Source: Choristocarpus tenellus KU-1152 (Eukaryota > Protista > Phaeophyceae). Taken from it: a DNA stretch of 49,028 nucleotides. The notes under the pieces were generated by a model. It was not told where the DNA came from. It searched no databases and saw only the letters and a list, made by a program, of their open reading frames with translations. The DNA is taken from assembly GCA_964200185.2 (NCBI GenBank), contig CAXNAD020000010.1, positions 1 to 49,028 of the forward strand, written 5' to 3'. The translations under genes and the position numbers were made by a program. Numbering within the stretch: position 1 is the first letter of the stretch; each line of letters begins with the position of its first letter. Of the stretch, positions 36,379 through 48,073 are shown piece after piece.

Positions 36379-39300
36379 ATGCCCAGATCAAGATTTGATT
36401 CAAGTCTAAACTCCATTGATGACGGAATGGAAGAACTGACAATGACCCAAGGGGGGGGTGAGAATTATGATGGGACATCAGCTTTGCAAGGGGGCGAGGT
36501 TAGGGCTGGGGCTAGAGATATGGTGACCGTGGGGGCTAGACTCGTATTTTGCATGAAACTGAAGAAATATTCCTCAAAACAACCTGCGTTTAAGGGGGAA
36601 CCAGGGACGTGGAGGAAGTAGAGCAAAACGTTTCTTACACACGCTCTCTCATCAGGATGGAAGGAGCCACTAGTAACTAAGGAACATCTGAGGGTACTGT
36701 CGTAGGAGTATTCCCCGACGGGTGTGGACCCATATCTTCACCATGCAACGACGTACACGATTAATGGACTACAGGAGGCGACGACAGGATCTGCCCTGGA
36801 CATCATTCTGACGTACGAATCTCCGAGTGAGGCGTTCGCCACACTGGTCAAGAACTATGCTCATTCTGGACAAACGGAGAGAAATCTCGTAAAACGGCAA
36901 TTGATGGACATGGTGCTGGAACCTGGGGGAGATCCTGCTGACATCATTAACCAGCAGGAAGCTCTTATAATGAAACTGAAGAGCTTGGGAGGTTCCGTGA
37001 CAGAGGAAGATCTAGTGGGTTAGCTACAAAATTTACTCGGCGAGGATTATCTGGACATCTTGTCCCAGATAGATGATAAGGAGTTGGTAGAAGGGCAGAC
37101 TAAACTGAAAAAATTAGACCTTAAAAGATATCGACTGTGCACCATCCAATGAGAGACGGAATCGGCTGGGGTGAGAGCTGGCACACTGGTGGCAGGATGG
37201 CAATCCAGAATCATTGGTGGACAACCCAATTGTTGGGAATGTGGTGGACCTCACTTCCGATCCAAGTGCCCACAAATCAAGAAACAGAAGGCGAGTGAAA
37301 GGGGCATTACTTGCTTTGTATGCAGGGAAATAGGACATCAAAGCTTCACATGTACGCAAAGAAAATTGGGATTGTCAAGGGGTCTGGAATCTTTGAACAT
37401 CCAGAAGAAGAAGAACCGGACGGGGGGGGGGAATGGTTCTAATAACAAGGGAGGAGGACCAAAATCGGATGGATCTGGCGAAGGACAACCAAGATTGGCA
37501 GGTTTTCCAGTAACCAATCAAGTGAGTTATCTTGCTAGTAAGGTAAAATCACTTCCCTTCAAGAGATCGTCATGGGTTGAGGTTTGGATTTGGGACAGTG
37601 GAGCCACCCATAATTTTACAACAACCAATAAAAACATGTTTAATTGTGAATCTTGTGATGGAACAGTTGCAGTTGGAGGTGGTGAAACACTTGACATTGT
37701 GGGGAAGGGGGACATCAAATTGGAATGTGTTCTAATTGGTAAATTGGAGACTCTTGTATTCACTAACGTACTTGTGGTGCCTGATATTGGTTTGAATCCT
37801 GCCAAGGCTTGCATGCGAGATGGTCACAGTTTCCGGTCTGTCGACTCCACTAGAATGTCAACTTTTAGGGATAACAAGGAAAGAAATCTCACCTTCAAGT
37901 CATTGGGGGAGAAGGAAATATTCTCCCTAGGAATGCGCAGAATCAGTGTGATGAATGACTCCGATTCTACTAATGTCCCTACCACTGATGCAACATCCAT
38001 TTCTGGCACACCAAGAATTAACCTGACCCAGAAAACTGCATCGAGGGATGTGAATGAGCTGCATACACGATTAGGTGATGTTCATCAGGGGTTGGACAGG
38101 AAAGACGCTTCGGCGCAGAACATTTTGTTAACTGAAATATGGGGGCCATCTTGTCAATTTTTCCCACTCGGCAAGGGTCATGGTCATAGGCATCCAATTC
38201 CAAAGGAGACAGAGAATCGTGCTTTGTTAAAGGGGGAAGATATTTATGTGGACTCGACTGGAGCGAACGCAATGTCAGAGGAGGATGTTGTGATATCTGA
38301 TGATCTCGCCCAGAAGGGGGGGGCTAGAGAAGTCGATTTCGCACAGGATGAGACTGGAGGTATTGACCTATCCCACACTGGGGCTAGAGATGTCGATCTC
38401 ACTCAAGAGGGGAGTGGAGGCGATGTCGATTGTGGAGGATCGATGTTTGACACCATTACATCAGTGGATGGTACTGTAGCAAAGTGGACGCTTCCCCCTG
38501 AGAGGGTTGAAGTGAATGCCATAGTCCCAGGAGGAATTGTTGGGGGGGAGGGACCCACTCCAAAGATGGCACGGGCAGTTATTGATTCAGGAGGGTCAAC
38601 AAGTTCAAATGCAGAATTAGAGTCCCCATATATGGATTTTGGGTAGGGCGTTTGATGGCTTAAGGATGTTGAACCAGGTCTGAGTTGGACTATGGAAGAG
38701 TCCAGTCAAAATGCTTCTAAGAATGTTCTGCTAAGTCCTGTGGTAGCAGAAAATGCAATAGGGTTGGTGATGGAGAAAAGGGAGTTAGATGAACGGTTGA
38801 ACACTGACATTGGTGATATGACCCAGTGTCACAGCAGGGGGGTGTGAGGAACCAAGTGCTGGGACATGTGGATCCGAATAATGACCCTACATCTGAACCG
38901 GGCAAACTAATGGAGGAGTTACCTGGAATTGAGCGGGAATTGGAAATGCAAGGGGCAATAAAGTCAGTAGAGTGGTCTTTGTGGAATGGGGCTGTGGACA
39001 AGGAAATGGGCATACAAAACAGACATTCAAAGATTCAGTTTACTTACTCATTAAAGTTGGGACTACATTTTCGACCAGGGCAGATGGATGAAAAGGGGAG
39101 AGTGCAGAGAGGCCCAAGGAGGGAGGGAGTAGGACGATTGGAAGGAGAAAGGGAATGGAGTAGGAGGGACCTGTTCCAGACAACCACAGATCTATGATCG
39201 GTGGTATCTAAATGTGGGTATCAATCATGACAAGGTCTGATGCAACATCAGCAGTACGGAGCCTAGCAATGCAGTTTGTGAATCCCACAATGACGGATTG

Positions 39301-39870
39301 GAAGGGGGCTGCGAGAGTTATTGCTTATTTGTTGAGGACTAGTAAGCGGGGTTTGACTATTGGTAATTTCAGTTTTATGATGTTGCACCTAGGGACTAGC
39401 TCATTGGCTATGCTGGCGCAGACTACGTCAATTGTGTGATTTCAAGATTTTCTGTGACTGGTGGCGTGGTAATGTTTGGGGGTGCATGTGTGAGCTTGTG
39501 GTCTAAAATGCAGAAAACTGTTAGCTTTACCTACCACTGAGACTGAGTATGTGTCGTTGTGTGATTTGGACAAGGAGGTTATTATGTTTTTTCAGCAAGT
39601 CCAATATTTTTTCTGGAGCCAACTATGGACAATTATTGTGTACAATTGTTTGAAGAAAATAGTGGGGCAATCAAGTTGGCTGAGAAGACGGCTTCAGGGG
39701 TTAGGAAAAACAAATAGGTATTAAATATCATTATGTTAGAAACTTGGTGAAGGAGGGGAAGGCACAGATTGTCTACGTAAACTCCGGTGAACAACATGGA
39801 GATCTGTTCACGAAGGCTCTGAGTGGTAATGTGTTTGAGTTTCACACTAGAACTATCATGCACTGTGAGT
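36379..39870 (+). pseudogene. Disrupted copia gag-pol polyprotein
   Basis: Gag with stops. Zinc knuckles CWECGGPHFRSKC and CFVCREIGHQSFTC, protease WIWDSGATHN, pre-integrase ELHTRLGD and integrase start IYVDSTG, after which the core is missing. RT remnant TRSDATSAVRSL...RVIAYL and RNase H remnants SVTGGVVMFGG...WSKMQ, ENSGAIKLA. Longest open stretch 37171-38646. Confidence 0.9.
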
Positions 39871-40055
39871 AAAGAGTAGTGTGCAGATTGAGTTCATTGA
39901 ATTCATGATGTGTGGACAGAGCAGGGGAGTGTGTCAAGATTTTGCTTGTCCATGTGTGGGAATAAGATTCAAAGTGTGCAGAGTGAGTTGATTTCAAGTT
40001 AGGTTTTATTATTGGACTGATTTGATTCTCACTGCATAGTCAGAGCAGGGGAGTG

Positions 40056-40376
40056 TGTCAAGATTATGCTTGACCATTTGTGAGAATATGATTTGAAGTA
40101 TTATTTTATGTACGCACAGAAGATAATGCGGGACATTTGGGATATTTAGGGTTAGGGTATTTGACCAGAAGTAATTGGCGGAATGTTAGAGGCGGAGTGT
40201 TTCTGACGTGTGCCAGAGAACTGTTGAGTCATTTGGTACTCTGAGTCATTCAATGTAAGGATTGGTGAGCCCCACCTAGTCAAGCTATCTCACTCTCTTC
40301 TCAACTGTGATACAAGCTAATAAACAATAATATAACTGGTTGTGTGGGACAACAGATTGTCAAGGGCAGCTTAACA
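40056..40376 (+). repeat. 3' LTR of copia family 1
   Basis: Preceded by the PPT and followed by the TCCAA TSD. Confidence 0.95.
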
Positions 40377-40666
40377 TCCAAAATCCTTTTTTTTTAAAGT
40401 ATACAAAGTGATTTGAATGAAATTGAAGAACTTCTATGAGTCCTAAATGTGAGCAAAAAAATGTTATGAGCAAAAAAATGTTTGAATGGATCTTTTTTCT
40501 CTGAGAAGAGAGAAAATCTTGCCAAGTACTTCAAAATCAAGGTGATTCCACCAAAAGAGGAAATTGGTATATTGATTAATATAGGAAGTATGAGTAAGGA
40601 AATATGGACCAAGGCAACGAATTTGAGAGCATTATGAAACAAATGAATATATTATTTCTCACCTTG

Positions 40667-40684
40667 AACCCTAACCCTAACCCT
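40667..40684. repeat. Interstitial telomere-type repeat (AACCCT)3
   Basis: AACCCTAACCCTAACCCT, the complement of TTAGGG repeats. Confidence 0.7.
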
Positions 40685-40689
40685 GAATC

Positions 40690-42910
40690 AACAGCTATGG
40701 CCCATTCGAGCAATGTGCAACTGGCACCTATGCAATGAACTTCAAAGATTCCCACTCAATTCACCCTTGGAATCTTACAGGTATTTGGGTGTCTTGAACC
40801 GGCACAGAATGGAATAAGATGGTTTTGGTTCCATCCATGCAATGTGTGACTGAAATTTATGAAAAACACTCCAAAATGTTGCTGTTCAAGTCACCTTTAG
40901 TATCTTACTATTATTGGGTGGGTTCAATATTAAGGAACTGTCTTGGATCTATTCAACAATTTGGACATTAACAAAAAATATAATTTGATATATTGCCGCT
41001 CTAGTATCACCAATTTGTATCTTACTGTTATTGGGCAGCATAAACGGTCAAACAATGGATAAGGACCCATCTAAGCAATGTGTAACAGATACTGATGCAA
41101 AATTAACCAGCTGTTGGTTGCTCAAGCCACCGGTATCTTATGGATATTAGAGAGATTCAACAATCAAAGAACGATCTTGGATCCATCCATAAGATACTAC
41201 TGGTGCCTTGAGCAACAGCACTTAGCAAGATTTGCATCAGTGTGTGCTCTATATAGGTTTGATGATTCCAAAGTCCACTATTGGTACATTATCAATATTG
41301 GTTGGGTGAGACAATCAAAAACAAGGGCTTTGGATCCAATCAAGCATGTGTAAATTACCTTTGGGTACGTTTTATACTACTGGGCCACTAAAAAGGTCAA
41401 AGATATGTCTTGGATCCCATCCAAGCAATGTGTACAGACCCTTACAAAATAATAATATAAACATCACCACAAGTCACCATTGGTACACTATAGAAATTGC
41501 AGCTGAAGCATTCAAACAACATTTATAGATTCATTCAAGAAAGACGAGTAAATCACCATTGGAATGTTATGGGTGGGGGTGGATAAAATGGTCAAACATT
41601 TGGATCCAAGCAATTTGTAAGTGTCATGTATGTAGAACACTCCAAAAAAATGCTAATCAAGTCACCATCAGTATCAAAATAACAGGGCAGATGAAACGCA
41701 ATCCAAGTCATGTGTAACAGACACCGGTGCAAAACCCTGCAAAGCGTTGCTCAACTCACCATTGTATGTCATGGATATTGGGCGGGTTAAACAATCAGAA
41801 CAGTTCTGGATCCATCCAAGCATTGTGTGCCGACACTTGCTAAGACTTAAGAAAATGTTGCCGCTCAAGTCATCATTGGCATCATATGGATATAGGGTAG
41901 GTAGAATGATCAAAAGACTTTTTAACCCGTCCAAGCATTGTATACCTGACACACAAAAAACCTCGAATTTTTTATGCTCAAATCACCGTTTCGTATCTTA
42001 AAGATACTGAGTGGGTAAAATTGTACAACAATGATTTCTATTCATACAGAAAAAATTGCAAACTTTAGCCACTGAAGACATCATTGGTATGTTGTCAACA
42101 TCGGGTGGATATATTGGTCAAATGTTGATTTGGATCCATCTATGAAACATTAATTGATACTTATGTAGAAAGTTTTCAACATGTTGCTCAAGTCACCAGT
42201 GGGTGGAAGGGTCAAACAATGGTTTTGGATCCAAGTAAGGTGTTACCGACACATTAGGCGAAGTACTCCAAAATGTTGCCACTCAAGTTACCATTGATAT
42301 CTAATGAGTATTGGACAGGTGAAAGAAAGGCTCAGTAACAGTTTTGGATCCATCCAACCAACGTTCATGATATGCAAGTCCCTTCAAAATTTTCCTCTCA
42401 AGTCAATGTTGGTATCATATTTACACGGTCAAACAAAAGTTTTGGATCCACCGAGGCAATTTTTATCTGACACTCAGGTCAATTACTTGAAAATATTGAC
42501 ACACAAATCACCATTGATATTTTATCGATCTTAGACGTAAGGTAGTGAAACAACAGTTTTGAATCCATCCAAGCAAATTGTTGTAAGAGATAATGTATAA
42601 TACTTCAAAATGCTGTCCAAGCCATCATTGCTGTCAAATGGATGGATATTGGACAGGTGAAATGGTCAAAGGGCGTTTGAGGATATATGCAAGTATTTGA
42701 AGCCAGCGTTTATCCATAATCTTCAAATTGTTGCTAGTCAAGTTACCAGCCAGTATCTTATAGAAATTGGGTGGGTGATAAGCTCAAAAAATGGTTTTGG
42801 ATTCCTTCATGTAATATTTAGAGCTCTAAACAAGACTAACATGAAAATTTTCAAAATATCGCCGCTCAAGTCACCCTTGGAATATCTTGTTGAAATCGGG
42901 TAGGTGAAAG
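40690..42910 (+). repeat. Right part of the diverged ~117-bp tandem array (about 20 units)
   Basis: CTCAAGTCACC-like anchors at about 40755, 40886, 40999, 41121, 41269, 41351, 41470, 41549, 41657, 41750, 41864, 41977, 42072, 42187, 42282, 42397, 42503, 42616, 42737 and 42865. Confidence 0.85.
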
Positions 42911-43499
42911 TGTGAGATTTATGAAGAAAATTTATTGACTTTGTGAATGGAGGAAACTCACAGTGACACCAGTAAAACCAGGTGGTGTTTTGATGGGTTT
43001 TTTCTTAAAATGACTAAAGTTGAACAGAAAGGGATTGAAGCAAGGATCTAAAGTTGAGAAGGTTAAAGAGAAATAAGCAGTATAGAAAACCTTTGAGGCA
43101 GGGAGGTGGTGTGAGGAAGGATTAGTGTTGAGCTTTTGAGAAGGGTAAGAGGGGCAGGCTGAATGAAACTTTTGAGCAATTTTTGTGGGATAGGAAAGGG
43201 GAAGTTTCATGCAGCAAAGGTGTAGTAGATGTGAGGAGAAGAAACGGAAAACAAAGGATTTTCTGAATTCAGAGCCCGCTCACTGAAACACAGAATGACG
43301 TTTCCAAGAATTTTTTATTGACAATTTTGTTCTCTGTGAGAGAGCAAAAGTTGATTTTTCTCATGCCTCGTGTACTACTTCCTTACTGGTAAGAACGATG
43401 CTGAAATGAGTCCCAATCAAGCACAATGTCGTGCGTGCAGGGGCACTCTGTGCATTTTTTGATCAATAAAGCAAAATAAATTGACCTAATGTACCTACA

Positions 43500-44648
43500 G
43501 ACACGTTCATGGCCAGGAACGCCCGAGATGAGCCCTGACGATCAGCCTTGCCTCCGCCTCTGCGACTGCCGCTCCGTTCCCTGGTTGGTGGTGGTGGAAA
43601 CTTGCACACCGCCCCAAGCCCGTGGGGGCGTTTAGCAGGAGGTTTGATGACCATTTACGAGTGGCATTCTTTCCATCTGTGGTTAAATTTGAGACAGAAA
43701 GCATATTGGTTCGAACCGAGGCTGCCCCTGCACCCCTGTCTCCCTGTCTGTGTCCCTGCACCTGTGTGGAGCGCCATAGCCCCCGAGCTCCTAGTCGTTT
43801 GCCCCGTGACTTCCGTGGTCATGTATGAAGAGGAGGAGATGATGGCATTTTTGAGTTGGTAGTAGGTGAGGTCTGGAGCTGTGGACAGCTGTGCAAAGAC
43901 ATGTGGCATGCTGTCCCTGATGCCGATAATCAGAGCTCCTTTCTTTTCTTGGTCCTCCTTGGCCGCCTTTGGCTGCTCGTACTCTGTCCAGACATGATCA
44001 AGATGGATGACGAAGCATCTCGAGAGCTATGAGCTGCATGGGCCGCTGGACCGCAGTGTTGTGTTCCCCAAACGATGTATCATCGGTAGGAGGTGCAAGA
44101 ATGTGGTATGCTGGTTAGAGGATTCGATACAGTCCCTTGCCGCCTGAATGGCTCACTATCGCCATCTACTATTCTGCCCACTTCTCCCTTGTATGCCCCC
44201 GCGTGCTACTCCATAGTGGCAGCTTACGTGGGTCCGCTTCCACACCTTTAAGGCTCATAACCTGTGCGAAAGAGAGCTATTCGAATAGAGTTTTTTCTCT
44301 ATTTGGTATGGATGAATTTATTAGCAGAGTTAGTTAGCACCATCCCTCGAGGTGGGGGGGATGGTCTGCTTCGATATATATTGCGAGCGTCAGCAGACGT
44401 GTCAGAACGTGTCTGTGTCAGTCGCACTACGTCCTTCGTCTTGCCTCATTCGTAGCTGCGTCATTGGTCCTGCCTCAGCAACTTATGTTGAGCAAAAATA
44501 ATAAGTAAACCCATCGAGATTCGAACCTATTACTTTAAGTCTACGGAAACAAGCAACTGAGAGTTGATCCACTCAATTAACATTTCTGCTACGTCCTTCT
44601 GGGTACCAAACACATAAGAAGCTATCTACTACCAGTCTATATTGCACA
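43500..44648 (-). mobile_element. Copia family 2, 5' fragment (LTR 44263-44648, PBS, truncated gag)
   Basis: Minus-strand LTR TGTGCAAT...TTCGCACA, then PBS GGTTATGAGCC (44252-44262). Gag remnant VFAQLSTAPDLTY...FCLKFNHRWKEC. Inverted homologue of 48074-49028. Confidence 0.85.
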
Positions 44649-46116
44649 TTGTGTTCCTATTCCGAAAAAGAAAACAGTTCTACAAAACTAATACAAGTTT
44701 ATCTTCCAAAAGATCACTGCTCACAGATGAAAAGATCTGTTCCAGTTATTAATGCCCTCTTATTGACTATCCTATTGTTTACTCCATATTCCTTAGAATA
44801 TTTACCTCTTCCAACTTCCTTATACATGTGATCAACAAACACACCACCACAATGCCTCACTTGGCCTATCATAGTCACTTTTGGGAAGGGTAGGGTTCTA
44901 TATTCCATACCTATGGAACATTCATTCCACGTCTATGCAGTGATTCCTCATTGTTGCTCTCATGAATAGTGGCTGAGGAGAGATTTAATGCTGAAATGAG
45001 GAAGGTGGGTCAGACTAGAATTGGACGGACGTGTATGATCATTAATTCAAGTTCTATCGGAAAAAAACTTGACCAATGAACTACTGTAAGGTTTTACGTG
45101 ATGAAAGTTCTTCTAGATACCAACAGTATGCACAATATTATGCTCCTGTTCCAAAACAAGCTCTTATGATATAAAAATCAACAAAATTATCATTTCGACA
45201 ATGTCAGGTAAAAAAGGTCTGTTCCAGTTCTTAGTTAACACTTCCTCGACTAAATTCGTGGCATACTTTTTATCATACATGTCAACGACTATTTATCAAC
45301 GTTTGAAATAGCTCAAAAATGTTTGATGGCATTTCTCACATTCAGCATTTTGAGTCCCTCTTCACTTTGTACATAATCGACAAACATGCCACAAATTGAT
45401 ACATAGTATAACTGTGACAGTCTTCACCTCCCAGGAAGAGGGGGTAAGGTTCCACCCAAATCATGAGCAGGGAGGGTAGGGCAAGGATAGAATGGTAGAA
45501 TAGATCTTGGAGAGGCTGGTCGAAAATGCTGCTTTGAAGTTGAAGTGTCTCAAACGTTTATCGATCCTAACATTCTGTTTGGTGGTAGTTTTTACCAGGA
45601 TCAGCCTTAGATTTTTGTCAGTTCCTGGGACGACTGTACTAACTCTAACGGCCCCGAAGACATGCTCATAATTCTTGGCGATGACCATATGAAGGGTGTA
45701 CTTCTTTGCTGAAAGACATTCATTGCTACTTTCAAGATATCCCAACATTTGATCACATCGTGTGAGGGGACAGATACCAGGGAGTATTTCAGTTGTATGC
45801 CAAGGTAAGCACGTTGCTTTCTTGTCTGGTGCTGGCATTATGATCCACTTTGAAACTATGATTTCCACACACCTCGAAGTCAAATCAAAACCAATGCTCG
45901 ATTGTTACAATGCAAAAGTCTGAGGTCTCTCATATACTCTTTAGATTGGTTGCATATCTGTTCTCTCGTCCTAACGCAGGTGCGAGCATATCCGATGCCG
46001 ACTTTATCCCATATGCACCAACCACAAGGTACAAGTTGGATAAGGCCTTTTCCCTCCCTAGACATTTCCTGATGACAAGTAGGTCCAGCGTGCTGGTTCC
46101 AAGGTTAAGATGAAGC

Positions 46117-46673
46117 TGTGCAAAAGAGGGGTTCGAATAGAGTTTTTGCTTCATGTGGTATGGATGAATAAATTAGCGGAGTGAGCACCATCCCTCGAGG
46201 AGGGGGGGTGCCCTGCCTCGTTACCTACTTACTGCACACGTCAGCAGACACGTCAGAAAGGTTTGTGTCAGTCACACTGCATCAGTCACTTGTAGTCTGT
46301 GAACCCATGATTCCAGGCGTGAAGAGGCAAGTGATTGACAATTAAGCTACTCAGCTAATATATTTATTATATGCTAACTGGCTATCAGAAACCCTTACGA
46401 AAAACCTACAGACTACCAGCATATATTATATTACACTCCCCCATGAGACAGCGGCAAAGTTGCTAACAAAGCTCACCCCCAACGCAAAAGCATGGAATGT
46501 ACCAAATCAGAAGTAAGGTTCTTGTGCAAAGACTTGGTCAAAAATGTCAGCCAACTTTTTTGATGTTGGAATGTATTGTACGTGGAACAGGCCCTAATCA
46601 ACGTATTCTCTGGTGCACTTGAGCTTCATGTCCACTTGTTTAATTCTCACATTGAAACCTGTGATGCTGCAGC
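46117..46673 (-). mobile_element. Copia family 2, 3' fragment (LTR 46117-46435, PPT, RNase H end)
   Basis: LTR homologous to 44263-44648. CTCCCCCATGAG at 46436-46447 is the minus-strand PPT. The RNase H tail is homologous to about 47100-47320 and is interrupted at 46673 by another LTR. Confidence 0.8.
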
Positions 46674-48010
46674 TGTGCAAAAAAGAGCTGTTCGAAAAAA
46701 CAAATTGCTTAATTGCTATGGATGAATTTATTAGCGGAGTGTAAGCATCATTCCTCGAGGTTGGGGGGTATTCTTCCTCGTTGTCTATTGCGCACGTCAG
46801 CAGACGCCTCAGAACGTGTCTGTGTCAGTTGAACTACGTAACCCGTTCTGCGTCACTCGTCGTTACATCACTCGTCGTTACGTCACTCGTTCTGCCTGAC
46901 TGGTAATACGTCTGACGTCATGCTTCAGCCACTTATATTAAGTAAAAACAAACTGTAGTGTTTAGAACCTATTACTCTAATGTGCCAAAACAAGCAATTG
47001 ACAGGTAATCCACTCAGTCAACACTTCTGTTACATAATACTGGATATCAAACACATAAGAAACCTGTAGACTACCAGTTAATATTGCACACTCCCCCATG
47101 AGCGTGCAGCAAAGTTGCTGACAAAAGCTCCCCCTTCATGAGAAAGCACGGAATGCAAAAAATCAGAAGTAAGCTCTTGCGCAAAGACTTAGTCAAAATG
47201 TCGACCAGTTTGGATGTTGGAACGTATTGTACGTGGAACAGACCCTGGTCCACGTGTTCTCCAGTGCACTTGAGCTTCATGTCCACCTGCTTGGTTCTCC
47301 CGTTGAAATCTGTGATGCTGCCCGCCTGGATAGCACCACAGTTGTCACATAACCAGGGAGTCTGGTCCTGTAGTACGCCGATCTCGCCCAGAATGAATGC
47401 CTTGACGGAAAATGCAGTGGTGCATGCCGTATGCAATTACCGTCCACTCTGCCTCCGAGCTGGAGAGGGTTACGGCACCTTGAAGCTTGGAGCGCCAGGC
47501 GATCGGCGATCCGTTGAACCATAGTAGGTAACCTGTGGCGCTCCTACATGTTTGGCAGTCGGTGTCCCAGTCGGTGTCCCAGTCGGAATCCCCATACCCC
47601 ACCAAAAGCTCTCCGTCCCCTCCATTCATATCTTTACAGCCCCAACCATAGTGAATGCAGACGTCCAGTGTCCCTGCTACGTAGCGCAGAACGTGTTGCA
47701 GTCCGCGCCAGTGCCACATGTCTGGAGAGGACGCCCTGCGCCCCAGTTCACGAACGCTGTTGGCCAGGTCCGGGCGAGTGATGCCTGCTAGAAACATGAG
47801 TTGGTCGAGGATGCTGGCATAGGGGTTAGATGGTGGTATTCAGTTCCTCCTCATTTTCGTGCCTGGCAGAGAGGTCCATCCCGGGGTCCAGTGGTGTGGG
47901 TGTGGATGTTTCTTGCATTTCCATGGAGCCCATCCCAGCCATGACAATGCTTTCCAAATATAGCTGTTGGTCCAGGGTAATGCCATTTGTATCCACAGTG
48001 ATGCCCACCT
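46674..48010 (-). mobile_element. Copia family 2, nested 3' fragment (LTR 46674-47090, PPT, RT/RNase H)
   Basis: Minus-strand ITLDQQLY...TPLDPG...GITRPDLANSVRELG...VLRYVAGT...GYGDSDW...RSATGY...IAWRSKLQGAVTLSSSEAE...CDNCGAI...VDILTKSL. PPT at 47091-47102. Confidence 0.9.
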
Positions 48011-48073
48011 CTAGAAAGCTGTTCGAAGAGGTTTTCCTTTAGGTGGTAAGAAAAAATTTGAAGAGTGAGCACC
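48011..48073 (-). repeat. Short remnant of a further family-2 LTR, interrupted by the next element
   Basis: AAAGCTGTTCGAA...GAGTGAGCACC resembles the first ~70 nt of the LTRs at 46117 and 46674. Confidence 0.5.

Larger units (their letters stand above)
35973..40376 (+). mobile_element. Complete non-autonomous Ty1/copia LTR retrotransposon (family 1)
   Basis: 321-bp LTRs at 35973-36293 and 40056-40376 (TG...CA, 4 differences), TSD TCCAA (35968-35972 and 40377-40381), PPT CAGAGCAGGGGAGTG at 40041-40055. Domain order gag-PR-(IN)-RT-RNaseH. Confidence 0.95.

Noticed and set aside
40667-40684. True chromosome end
   Set aside because: Only three repeat units, with ordinary sequence on both sides.
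40690-42910. CRISPR-like repeat-spacer array
   Set aside because: Units are ~117 bp, heavily diverged along their whole length, and the variable parts are still mutually homologous. The context is eukaryotic with no cas genes.
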